Shown here: one piece after another, positions 21,242 through 29,221 of the stretch
How positions within the stretch are numbered: position 1 is the first letter of the stretch
How the letters are laid out: every line of letters starts with the position of its first letter
DNA from: Candidatus Acidiferrales bacterium
Lineage (GTDB): Bacteria; Acidobacteriota; Terriglobia; Acidiferrales; UBA7541
DNA: 64,000 nucleotides
Assembly (NCBI GenBank): GCA_035534055.1
Contig: DATLST010000022.1
Location: forward strand, 12,557-76,556
Direction: 5' to 3'
Notes under the pieces: model-generated
Seen by the model: only the letters and a program-made list of their open reading frames with translations
Database searches by the model: none
What the model was told of the DNA's origin: nothing
Position numbers and translations under genes: made by a program

Positions 21242-22240
21242 TCATCGCGATCGCGCAGCGACGCTGGTTTTGTCGGCCGGTTGCCACGTAGCATCCGGAT
21301 TGTATGACTCCATCGCACTGGCTATCTGATCAGTATTGGGACCAAGGTCCTTTTGATAGATCTGACCGTCCTGGTTAACGATGAAGGTCATCACCCCGGA
21401 GTTGCGATAGCTAACGGGATAGGCAACCAGCGCGAATCCGCGGGTCATCTTGCCATCGACGACGTAGTTGCTGGCGCCACCCGGCGCATTGGTTCCTTGA
21501 CTGGTTAGTATCCGGTAAACATAGCCGTGGAAGGGGTGCGGCGAGGGGGCGCCGGTAGCGTGGTGGTGATAGCCCTCGGCGGCCGCCTCAGCGACCAGGG
21601 GACCGAGAGGACTTTCCGGCTGCGCTCCTGCCTGGACCTCCCAGTATAAGCCGTCCTGCGTCCCGGCGGTGCTGCGGAACTTCTGAGCGTATTGATGCTC
21701 CGACGCGCCATCGTGGAGCGTAGCGTAATAGTCTCGCTGAGCATCTGCGATTGCAGCGCAGACCTTGATCACATTCAGTTCATCAGCGCCGATCCGACGA
21801 TATAAAATTTCCTGTTTGCCGTAGTCCGTGTCGAAGTACCATTGAGAGCCATTTTGCCGCAGCGGTATCGGAGTCGGCCAGTTGTCGGGGCCTATGTAAA
21901 GGAAGGTTCGTCCATCGGCCGCAGTGGCAAACTGATGCGACTCCCGATAATTAGTGGCAAAGGTATCCTGTTTGTTCCGGTCGGCGACTGGATCGCCGGA
22001 GGAAATCAGCTGCTTGCCCGAGGGACCTAGAATCGCCAGCATCGCCGCATCGTCGTGATTCTGTACGGCCGCGGCGAAAGCGTCGGTGGCCTCCGCAACC
22101 GAATTGAAGGTCTTCTGCCCGGGCGCTTGTGCCAGGACTGCGCGAGTGCTGCCAAGCTCAAGTACCAGGCTGACCGCCAAGACCCCTATAGCTAGCCATC
22201 CGATCGTGGTTCTTCGGTTTCGGTCTAATGGTTGGCGCAT
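21242..22240 (-). CDS. DUF2950 family secreted protein
   Basis: The body matches the DUF2950 pattern as I recall it (ADELNVIKVCAAIADAQRDYY, GLYWEV, GFALVAYPVSYRNSGVMTFIVNQDG). I start it at MRQPLDRNRRTTIGWLAIGVLAV (signal peptide). The ORF-track extension to 22519 overlaps the upstream lipoprotein gene. Confidence 0.75.
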   Translation of the reverse strand: MRQPLDRNRRTTIGWLAIGVLAVSLVLELGSTRAVLAQAPGQKTFNSVAEATDAFAAAVQNHDDAAMLAILGPSGKQLISSGDPVADRNKQDTFATNYRESHQFATAADGRTFLYIGPDNWPTPIPLRQNGSQWYFDTDYGKQEILYRRIGADELNVIKVCAAIADAQRDYYATLHDGASEHQYAQKFRSTAGTQDGLYWEVQAGAQPESPLGPLVAEAAAEGYHHHATGAPSPHPFHGYVYRILTSQGTNAPGGASNYVVDGKMTRGFALVAYPVSYRNSGVMTFIVNQDGQIYQKDLGPNTDQIASAMESYNPDATWQPADKTSVAARSR

Positions 22241-22262
22241 TGCGTTTCTCTGCCATCGGGGC

Positions 22263-22649
22263 TTAGTGGTCATGACCGTGTTCTCCACCGCCGCCGCCGC
22301 GATGTTCTCCACCGCCGCCACGATGTTCTCCGCCACCGCCGCGATGTTCTCCACCGCCACCGCCATAGCTGGTCCGGCCACGGGTGCTCGCGTCCCAGGC
22401 CTCGTGCGCCGGAGGATAGCCGCCGAATAAACCGGGCTGCGAATAGCCGCCATAGCCTCGGTAGACGTTGGTCGAGTAGTAGTTGCTCGGATAGCCACCT
22501 CCGTAGCTGGGGTAGCCACCTCCGTAGCCCTGGTAGTAGCCCGGACCTCCCCCTCCCCAGCCTCCGTCGAAACAACCTGTCATCAGAGTGGCGAGAAGCA
22601 GCGCTCCAAGGATCGTGACTTTCCGAATGCCGATGAATCCCGCTTTCAT
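22263..22649 (-). CDS. Gly/Tyr/His-rich low-complexity lipoprotein
   Basis: Signal peptide plus lipobox (LLLATLMTGC). GYGGGYPSYGGGYPS tract. Four tandem GGGGEHR units and a GHDH terminus. ATGA overlap with the upstream gene. Confidence 0.6.
   Translation of the reverse strand: MKAGFIGIRKVTILGALLLATLMTGCFDGGWGGGGPGYYQGYGGGYPSYGGGYPSNYYSTNVYRGYGGYSQPGLFGGYPPAHEAWDASTRGRTSYGGGGGEHRGGGGEHRGGGGEHRGGGGGEHGHDH
22277..22362. repeat. 21-bp tandem repeat, about 4 copies (encodes GGGGEHR units)
   Basis: On the + strand, gatgttctccaccgccgcc(g/a)c-type units are repeated head to tail. Confidence 0.8.
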
Positions 22650-23020
22650 TGTGATTCACTCATGCCGGCGCGTTCTCGAGGTCTCATGATTGCGTGACTC
22701 GCGATCCCGACAAACCACACGGCCAGGCCGGCGATTCCAAAAGCCTGCCACCACGGGAGCCATCGATGGAGCAAAAAGATCGCGGCGCACAGAATGAATA
22801 GCGTGCCGCCGACCAGCGCGGCGATTAGCGTCAGGCGCGCTACCATCCTGGATATTTGCAGCTCCAGAGCCGCCTCGATGCGGGTTTGAAACATGTGGGC
22901 CTCGGACCGAACAATGCGCGCTAAATCGTCCACCGCCCGTTCGATCAAGGTCGGCCAATCCGCGTCGGTCGTGGTAGCTCCGTCAATCGGTGGGGGATCT
23001 TTCTCTGGCATCGTGTTCAC
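22646..23020 (-). CDS. Holin-X / YqjE-like two-TM membrane protein
   Basis: 124 aa with an amphipathic N-terminal region (RIVRSEAHMFQTRIEAALELQISRMVARL) followed by two TM helices. This resembles the 'phage holin family protein' genes found in yqjD-yqjE type operons. Confidence 0.55.
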   Translation of the reverse strand: MNTMPEKDPPPIDGATTTDADWPTLIERAVDDLARIVRSEAHMFQTRIEAALELQISRMVARLTLIAALVGGTLFILCAAIFLLHRWLPWWQAFGIAGLAVWFVGIASHAIMRPRERAGMSESQ

Positions 23021-23318
23021 TCGATTCGCTTGAGGAGCGTATCGAAAGCGCGAAGCCCAGCACCGCGGCGATCATGAGTGGGCCGGTCCCGCGATTGCTG
23101 ACGATTGAGCCGATGAGAAAGCCCAGGGCGCCCGCCGCCAGAGAGGCGGCAACGGGGTGGCTCTCGACCAGGCGATCCGGGCGGAGCTCGTCTCCCGCGC
23201 GTTCGACCTTCGCATTGACCTCGGCCAAAGTGTCGTGCAGGTCCTGACGCGCCTCGTCCCGTTCATCCTGATTTTTGGCAATCTGTTCCTTCTGTTCTTC
23301 CGTTGCCATGTCTTTCAC
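22983..23318 (-). CDS. YqjD/ElaB-like (DUF883-like) tail-anchored protein
   Basis: 111 aa. Charged coiled N-terminal half (EEQKEQIAKNQDERDEARQDLHDTLAEVNAKVERAGDEL), then HPVAASLAAGALGFLIGSIV TM. Confidence 0.55.
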   Translation of the reverse strand: MKDMATEEQKEQIAKNQDERDEARQDLHDTLAEVNAKVERAGDELRPDRLVESHPVAASLAAGALGFLIGSIVSNRGTGPLMIAAVLGFALSIRSSSESSEHDARERSPTD

Positions 23319-23574
23319 CAGCGGGGCCTGCGCTGTCCTGACGCAGGTTGTCGTTGCTGCCGCTCATAATTCCGGCGATCAGGCTGGTCGCGACACCGCT
23401 AAGCGCAATCCGGCCAACGATTGTGAGCATCGCCAGCCCGATACGCCGGTTAACTCCTCCACCCAGAACGAATCCCGCCATACCAGCGATCGCCAGAGCG
23501 GTGAGAGGTTCGTCCCTGACGTACTCGACCACATCCCGGTGCCGCGCCGCGCTATTGGCTGAAACTCCCACCAA
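23263..23574 (-). CDS. Small membrane protein related to the DUF883 C-terminal region
   Basis: VVEYVRDEPLTALAIAGMAGFVLGGG plus a second TM. The 3' end overlaps the next gene by about 50 nt, so the boundaries are uncertain. Confidence 0.4.
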   Translation of the reverse strand: MVGVSANSAARHRDVVEYVRDEPLTALAIAGMAGFVLGGGVNRRIGLAMLTIVGRIALSGVATSLIAGIMSGSNDNLRQDSAGPAGERHGNGRTEGTDCQKSG

Positions 23575-23586
23575 CGCCGCCCCCGC

Positions 23587-23835
23587 TCAGGATACGCGCC
23601 TGATGATCTGCGCCGCGACGTAACCGATCGCAAAGGCGGCGGCGATGGCTAGCCAAGGTTCACGGCGAACGAAGTTGCGAAGGTCGAAATCGAGCCCCTT
23701 TTCCTGAACGTATTGCTGCGCCGCTTCATAGCCGTCCTTAACTCTCTGGCTGGCGGCCTCCGCGGCTTGACGACCCTGATCCATTGCCTGGCGTACCGTA
23801 GAATTTGCTACATCTTCGAATGCCATCGTTATCAC
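23587..23835 (-). CDS. YqjD/ElaB-like (DUF883-like) tail-anchored protein
   Basis: 82 aa. Helical N-terminal part, then REPWLAIAAAFAIGYVAAQIIRR C-terminal anchor. First gene of the minus-strand block. Confidence 0.6.
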   Translation of the reverse strand: MITMAFEDVANSTVRQAMDQGRQAAEAASQRVKDGYEAAQQYVQEKGLDFDLRNFVRREPWLAIAAAFAIGYVAAQIIRRVS

Positions 23836-24075
23836 CTCAGCGGTCTGTGAGTCGTATTAGTTTTTATCTCGATTCCATCCAGCCGTACCCAAGCCGGACA
23901 TTTCGTGGACTCAAGCCGAGGGCGGATTCCAATCTTGATTCCAGATGGTGTCCGTAGGCCCCTTATAGTACATCTAACGTAGATCGAGGCGCCATGCGGA
24001 TTCGGTTATATGGAGAACCAAACGCCCCGAACATAAGATGAAGTCGGTTCGGCGAATCTGTTAGACTGATGCCCC

Positions 24076-24822
24076 ATGGGCAACGTGCGAGCGTCAGAAA
24101 TCCGGAGATTACGCGGGCTGAAGAACATCTCCTGGCTCTCCTCACGCCAGCTTAACAGGCTTGCCGAAGCGTTGAAGGTAAGCCACGTTAAAAAGCGCGG
24201 CGTCATCTTCGACAAGAGACGCTCCCCCGAAGCCGCCTACGTCTTGCTCTCGGGAGTCGCGCGCATCACCTGCCGCAATCGCAAGGGCGACCGCACGCTG
24301 GTGATTATGGTCGCTCCCGGCATGATTCCGGGCATTCCCCCGACGGTGTCCGGGATCAAATATGACTTCCGCTGCGAAGCAGTCACCGACTGCCAGATTG
24401 GCACCGTCACCCTGGCGACCTTCATCGAAATCGCGCTGGGCATCGCCTCGGTAGACTTCAAGCGCATGGCTGCCAGCTATTCCGGACGCTGGGACCTGGT
24501 GCAGTTGCGCTGCTCGAATTTCATGGCCTGTACGCTGGAGGAACGAGTCGCGCTGATACTGCTGGAGTTAAGCGATAATTTCGGCCTGCCCGATCGGCGA
24601 GGGGTGCGACTGAGCGTGGCAGCAAGGCACGAGGATCTGGCTGACATGGTGGGGGCCTCGCGGCCGCGGGTAACCGAGTATCTCAACAGCTTCGAGCGCC
24701 AACACCTGATCATACGCGACGGCCGTCGAATGATCGTTAGCCGCACGCGGCTCGAGCAGTTTCTCGCGCAAAAGCACTCGTCGGCAAATGGCCGTAATTC
24801 TCGACAACTCCTCGCGCCGTAG
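24076..24822 (+). CDS. Crp/Fnr-family transcriptional regulator, atypical effector domain (paralogue 1)
   Basis: C-terminal HTH LADMVGASRPRVTEYLNSFERQHLI. The N-terminal beta-barrel lacks the FGE...R[ST]A cassette and has IPGIPP...DFRCEA instead. Confidence 0.85.
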   Translation: MGNVRASEIRRLRGLKNISWLSSRQLNRLAEALKVSHVKKRGVIFDKRRSPEAAYVLLSGVARITCRNRKGDRTLVIMVAPGMIPGIPPTVSGIKYDFRCEAVTDCQIGTVTLATFIEIALGIASVDFKRMAASYSGRWDLVQLRCSNFMACTLEERVALILLELSDNFGLPDRRGVRLSVAARHEDLADMVGASRPRVTEYLNSFERQHLIIRDGRRMIVSRTRLEQFLAQKHSSANGRNSRQLLAP

Positions 24823-24960
24823 CCCTATCGCGAGTCTGCATCGCGAGGACGGCATCGCCATGGTGCGGCCCCAGGCCGGCGTCAATCACAATCCGTCTCC
24901 GGGTCTTTAGGCCGCTCGCGGTCGTCCTCCGGCTGAGCGATTTCTCATGCGGTCTCGCCC

Positions 24961-25821
24961 CTATGGTTTCTCATTGCCGTTCCCGTGCTGCCTATCCTGT
25001 TGCTGACCCTGTGACTGCGGCTGACGCTCTTGATGAGTGGTCGCCTGCTGCGGTCTCTGATGCTGCTCGCCTGCTTTTGGCTGTCGCTGGTTCTGTTGAT
25101 TTTGCTGGCGCACGGCCTGTTGCTGTTGAGCGTTCCGTTGCTGTTGCTCGCGCGTCGCCTGCCGTTGCTGGTCCTGTCGCTGCGCCGCCTGGTTGGTCCA
25201 ATTTCGGTGTTGCTGGAGCCAGTTGGGATGATGAGTTTTCACCCAATTTGGATCCTGCTGGTACCACCATTGTCCGTAGTGCCACCGATGCTGCTGGTCA
25301 TAGGCGCCGTCCTGATCGCGCCAGCGCGGGTTGAGCGAAACCCAATCCGAATGATTGCTATAGAACCAGTCGGGATTGTTGTGATGCCACCAATAGGCGT
25401 CGCGCCATTGATGCTGGTCGTCGTAGTCGCCCCATTGCGTCTCGGCCGGTCCCGTCGACCAGTATTGATTGTTCAGGGCCTGCCACACGTAAGGGTGGTT
25501 CGCCAGGTACTGCTCGAGGGCCGGAAACTGCGAGCGCCAGCTGGCGTTGTAGAGCAACCCCGGATTCCGTGAGAGCGCTCGCGCGATGTTTGGATGATAC
25601 GCCAGGAACCAACGAAAGGTTTGATCGCCCTGATACTGCGGGACATCGTTGAACCAGGGATAGTAGTTAGAGAAGCCCGGTACCTGCGGCCCCCCAATCT
25701 GGATCGTGACCTGCGCCGGGGCGGGCGCAGCGACGGCCAGTGCGAACAGCAACCCGCCGAGCCACACCATCGATTTTATCTGCTTTATCCTTGAGCGCGA
25801 CATTGTTCGTCCCCTCCGCAT
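24961..25821 (-). CDS. Secreted Trp-rich / Gln-rich repeat protein
   Basis: Signal peptide (MVWLGGLLFALAVAAPAPAQ). Central region is dense in W, H, N, D, Q (DAYWWHHNNPDWFYSNHSDWVSLNPRWRDQDG, HRWHYGQWWYQQDPNWVKTHHPNWLQQHRNW). About 90-aa Gln-rich tail. The true start may be the internal MSRSR. Confidence 0.6.
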   Translation of the reverse strand: MRRGRTMSRSRIKQIKSMVWLGGLLFALAVAAPAPAQVTIQIGGPQVPGFSNYYPWFNDVPQYQGDQTFRWFLAYHPNIARALSRNPGLLYNASWRSQFPALEQYLANHPYVWQALNNQYWSTGPAETQWGDYDDQHQWRDAYWWHHNNPDWFYSNHSDWVSLNPRWRDQDGAYDQQHRWHYGQWWYQQDPNWVKTHHPNWLQQHRNWTNQAAQRQDQQRQATREQQQRNAQQQQAVRQQNQQNQRQPKAGEQHQRPQQATTHQERQPQSQGQQQDRQHGNGNEKP

Positions 25822-25850
25822 GTTTTAATGGCCACCTGCGTGCGCCTGAC

Positions 25851-26198
25851 TCAAAACCAGAATCCCCAGCTGCGCCCCTGACTCGATCCGGAGTCGACCC
25901 GCCGGCAATTCCGGTTATCAGCGTCGCAGACCATGCAGTTCTGGCCATTGGCGTCGCACACCGTGCGGCTCGACCCCGATTGCGACTGGACACGCTGGCA
26001 ATTCCGGTTGTCGGCGTCGCAAACCATGCAGTTCCGGCCATTGGCGTCGCAGACCGTGCGGCCCGATCCGTACTGTTGCCCATATTGGTCCGGCCCACTT
26101 GAGGCATAGAAGCATCCCTGGGCGCCGACCACTGCAAGGCCTCCTCCCAGCGCGGCGACGATCAGAAGCATCCTTATTCGCATTGCCATACCCATCAT
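25851..26198 (-). CDS. Small secreted or lipoprotein Cys-repeat protein
   Basis: I start it at MMGMAMRIRMLLIV (GGGAAGGGA 6 nt upstream). Signal peptide ends in GAQGC. Two 31-aa repeats RTVCDANG(R/Q)NCMVCDADNRNC(Q/R)RV. Terminus WGFWF. Confidence 0.6.
   Translation of the reverse strand: MMGMAMRIRMLLIVAALGGGLAVVGAQGCFYASSGPDQYGQQYGSGRTVCDANGRNCMVCDADNRNCQRVQSQSGSSRTVCDANGQNCMVCDADNRNCRRVDSGSSQGRSWGFWF
25914..26076. repeat. Two direct copies of a ~70-bp unit spaced 93 bp apart (encode the Cys repeats)
   Basis: ggcaattccggtt(a/g)tc(a/g)gcgtcgca(g/a)accatgcagttc(t/c)ggccattggcgtcgca... begins at 25914 and again at 26007. Confidence 0.85.
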
Positions 26199-26718
26199 CG
26201 ACGGTCCCTTCCCTGGTGCCTCATATGTTGATGGCCTCTTCAATGCATTTCACTGCTTCTTTCAGACGGCCTTTGATCGGTTCGCTCGTTCCTCTGACAC
26301 GCGCACTGCCGCTGCAGGTTTCTGGTGATTAGTGGCACCTTTTCGCGCCCTCGCACCGCGAAAGGCGGTCAGCCTCGCGCGGCAGCTGAACCCGTCGCCT
26401 GCTCTTCGGCGACCATCGTCCAGCTTCCCGGTTTAACTCACAGCATCGACCATGCCACATGAGATCCAACCTTATTTCTTCGGAACTTCGAACCTTCGAG
26501 TAAACAATGACACGGTTTGAGGCATGCCGATGACGCCGATGGAGGCACCGCGCGCACGGCAGCGCTCTTTGTGCAATCTTTGCCGCGCAAAGGGCTTGCT
26601 GTGTGTGCCGTAAATAACATAGTCAAAGGGGGGCCTTTTGTTCTTCGTGTAACATTCCGTTTGCTCTCTTGGGGCGCGCACCGTATCTTCGTGAAGCAGA
26701 CTGAAGCGAGGTGTAACT

Positions 26719-27420
26719 TTGAATGGCAAACGAAATCTACCCGATACTGATCTCGACAAGCTGAGCCGCCTCAAGGGGCTATCGTGGCTGCCGGCTACCC
26801 AACTGAAATTGCTGGCCGGCGCGCTTACCGTAAGGAGCTTTGCACGGCACGAGGTGGTGCTGCGCGGAGCGGCGATGGCGTCCGAAGCTCATATTCTGTT
26901 AGGTGGGATCGCGCGCATCACTTGCGTTGATGCGCATCGCGAGCGCGTGACCGTCGCATTGCTTGCGCCCGGCCCGATTCCTGAGTTTCCTGCGCTGCCG
27001 GACAGCCGGTTAGATTTTCGCTGCGAAGCGTACAATGATTGCAGGATCGGCAGCCTGAGCTGGGAGGATTTCAACCACCTCACCGCGCACGGCTCGAACC
27101 TGGCATTCAAGCGCTTTCATCAGAACGATTTGCAGCAATGGTATCGGGTGTTGCTGCGCGCATCGAGTTTCCTGGATCTCGATCTTCACGAACGCATTGG
27201 GATCACGCTGCTCGAGCTGGCCGCCGATTTCGGAATCAAAGAGTCGCGCGGCATGCTGCTCAGGGCCCCTTTCAGCCATCAGGACATCGCCGATCTGGTC
27301 GGCGCTTCGCGGCCCAGAGTCACCGAGCACCTGGCCCGGTTTGAGACCGAGCAGTTGATCGTTCGTCAAGGCCGGCAATTTATTGTTTGCTCGGATAAGA
27401 GCGGCTTTCACAACAACTAA
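26719..27420 (+). CDS. Crp/Fnr-family transcriptional regulator, atypical effector domain (paralogue 2)
   Basis: HTH IADLVGASRPRVTEHLARFETEQLI. Shares LKGLSWL, GIARITC and DFRCEA with paralogue 1. Confidence 0.85.
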   Translation: MNGKRNLPDTDLDKLSRLKGLSWLPATQLKLLAGALTVRSFARHEVVLRGAAMASEAHILLGGIARITCVDAHRERVTVALLAPGPIPEFPALPDSRLDFRCEAYNDCRIGSLSWEDFNHLTAHGSNLAFKRFHQNDLQQWYRVLLRASSFLDLDLHERIGITLLELAADFGIKESRGMLLRAPFSHQDIADLVGASRPRVTEHLARFETEQLIVRQGRQFIVCSDKSGFHNN

Positions 27421-27933
27421 CACTTTCTCCCCGCTGCAGTGATGTGGCGGTTCCGGTGGTCCCGCCTCGCCGCTATTTTGGCGCCGGCTTCCTTCAATTA
27501 GCGAAACAAATGCTGGATCGCTGAGACGGACGGCTGTGTCCCTGGCTTGGCAGAGCTGGTCCCGCTTGCCTGGCGAGGCAATCCGGCGATGAACGGACGA
27601 CGACGGTCGCCGGTCGCAAAATCCTAATCGCTAAAAACAGCCACAAAACAAAAAGGGGGAGCGGGAGGCAGCGTATTCGTTGGGCCAGTTTGGGGGGCCA
27701 GTCTGTCGGATGCGCTGCGTCCCGTGGCCTTCCGCTGGGGGGTAGCGGTAAGCCTGATGAAGCCTCTCACGACGATACATTTGCGTAAAGGGGCGATTGG
27801 TCACCCAGAGAACGCAATTGCTGATTGCGCATCCTGCCCGGTTCGATCATTCATGCTAGGCTTCCGTTGCACGAAGGCGATTCGTTCGCGCCCCAAGTCC
27901 GAACATCACCATTTAGCAGAGAGGAATCGATCA

Positions 27934-28248
27934 ATGAATAAACCTGTCTTATGGCTTTGCCGCGCTTTTGCGGTGGGGGTCTTGCTTTCGCTATCGGCCT
28001 GCGTGCTGGTGCACTCCAGCGCGATAAGCGAAAGCGCCGGCAGCGGGTCGGCGGTAAATGCCGAGTACAGCGACTACGGCCTGTTGCATCTGAGCGCGCC
28101 CACGAACCTAACCTCGAATGCCAACGCAGCGCTCGCCAAGACCTGTCAAAGCGGCATGCTGTCGGATGTGCAGACGGAAATGGCGATGCGGGACTGGTTC
28201 CTGATAGTCCAGTACTACACAGTCACGGCGACAGCCGTCTGTAAGTGA
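27934..28248 (+). CDS. Bor-like small lipoprotein
   Basis: ATG at 27934 preceded by GAGAGG. Lipobox LSLSAC. About 80-aa mature part with a C...C pattern and a size similar to Bor/Iss lipoproteins. The longer ORF-track start at 27724 has no signal peptide. Confidence 0.6.
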   Translation: MNKPVLWLCRAFAVGVLLSLSACVLVHSSAISESAGSGSAVNAEYSDYGLLHLSAPTNLTSNANAALAKTCQSGMLSDVQTEMAMRDWFLIVQYYTVTATAVCK

Positions 28249-28259
28249 GGATTTGACTA

Positions 28260-28976
28260 ATGAGAAGCAAATCAATGACCAGAGGATTGTTGTCGCTGTT
28301 CGGCGTGATCGCGCTCGGCCTATTTCTGTCGATCTCGCAATCGGCCTGCGTCTTTATCCACTCCAGCACGATCGGTGAAACCACCGGTAGCGGCTCGGCA
28401 GTAGGCGCGGCGCATAGCGATTACGGCATATTGTATCTTAGCAAGCCTCACGGACTCACTTCAGAGGCGAACGCGGACTTGGTTAAGGAATGTCCGAGCG
28501 GTCTGATAACGGACGTGCAGACGCAACTGTCGATGCGGGACTGGTTCCTGATAGTCCAGTACTACACCGTTACGGCTAATGCCATCTGTAGGCCGGCGCC
28601 GCTGCCACCTCCGCCGCCGCCGCCACCGCCGCCGTCGGCAAAACTCATCCTGCGTGGAGTTCATTTCGACTTCAACAGGTATGACATCCGTCCCGGCGAT
28701 GCGGCGGTGCTCGATGAAGCCGCGGCCGCACTCAAGGACAATCAGAACGCCAAAATCGATGTCAACGGATATTGCGACGCGATTGGCGGCGTCAATTACA
28801 ATCAGAAGCTTTCCGAGGAGCGCGCCGATGCGGTCGTGAACTACCTCGAGAAGGATGGAGTAGCGGCCGACCGGCTGACTCCGCACGGCTACGGCAAGAC
28901 CAACTTTGTCGCTTCCAACAAGACCAGGGAAGGCCGTGCCCAGAACCGTCGCGTGGAGTTGGTACCAGCGCAATAG
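28260..28976 (+). CDS. Bor-like lipoprotein domain - poly-Pro linker - OmpA C-terminal peptidoglycan-binding domain
   Basis: Lipobox ISQSAC. The N-terminal domain is about 70 percent identical by eye to the preceding gene. Linker PLPPPPPPPPPPS. OmpA_C motifs NGYCDAIGGVNYNQKLSEERADAV and NRRVEL. Confidence 0.85.
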   Translation: MRSKSMTRGLLSLFGVIALGLFLSISQSACVFIHSSTIGETTGSGSAVGAAHSDYGILYLSKPHGLTSEANADLVKECPSGLITDVQTQLSMRDWFLIVQYYTVTANAICRPAPLPPPPPPPPPPSAKLILRGVHFDFNRYDIRPGDAAVLDEAAAALKDNQNAKIDVNGYCDAIGGVNYNQKLSEERADAVVNYLEKDGVAADRLTPHGYGKTNFVASNKTREGRAQNRRVELVPAQ

Positions 28977-28989
28977 AAAAATCGTTCAG

Positions 28990-29020
28990 CTCGGGCGGCG
29001 TGGGTTCCACGCCGCCCGAG
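28990..29020 (+). terminator. Strong GC hairpin after the OmpA-fusion gene
   Basis: Perfect 14-bp stem ctcgggcggcgtgg / ccacgccgcccgag with a 3-nt loop, 14 nt after the stop. No U-tract follows. Confidence 0.55.
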
Positions 29021-29221
29021 CGAACGTATGGCTCCCGCTGCTTACGCAAATGGCTGGGAAACCGCCCAGCGCAAGAAAAACTACTCGGCTTCGCAGATCC
29101 GGTCTGACAACCCGCCCGCAGATTACTTGACGAAAAAGCGGGCGGCCTCTTTCGGTGGCCGCCCGCCAAAAGCAAAGGACTCGACGGTTGCGGGCCGGGC
29201 TTCGCACCCGTCGCTCAAGAG

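Noticed and set aside
22241-22519. N-terminal extension of the DUF2950 ORF (MATPATEV...VENIAAV...).
   Set aside because: It is Ala/Val low complexity produced by reading the 21-bp repeat in another frame, and it has no signal peptide. An internal Met followed by a proper signal peptide exists, and the extension overlaps a better-supported lipoprotein gene.
26578-26592. 15-bp palindrome ctttgccgcgcaaag upstream of the second Crp-like gene, as a candidate operator.
   Set aside because: It is a single occurrence and not similar to Crp/Fnr consensus half-sites. I found no second copy in the other paralogues' upstream regions, so it cannot be supported without a motif search.
27724-27933. Upstream extension of the first Bor-like lipoprotein ORF.
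   Set aside because: The signal peptide and lipobox begin at the internal Met (27934), which has a GAGAGG ribosome-binding site. The extension has no features.
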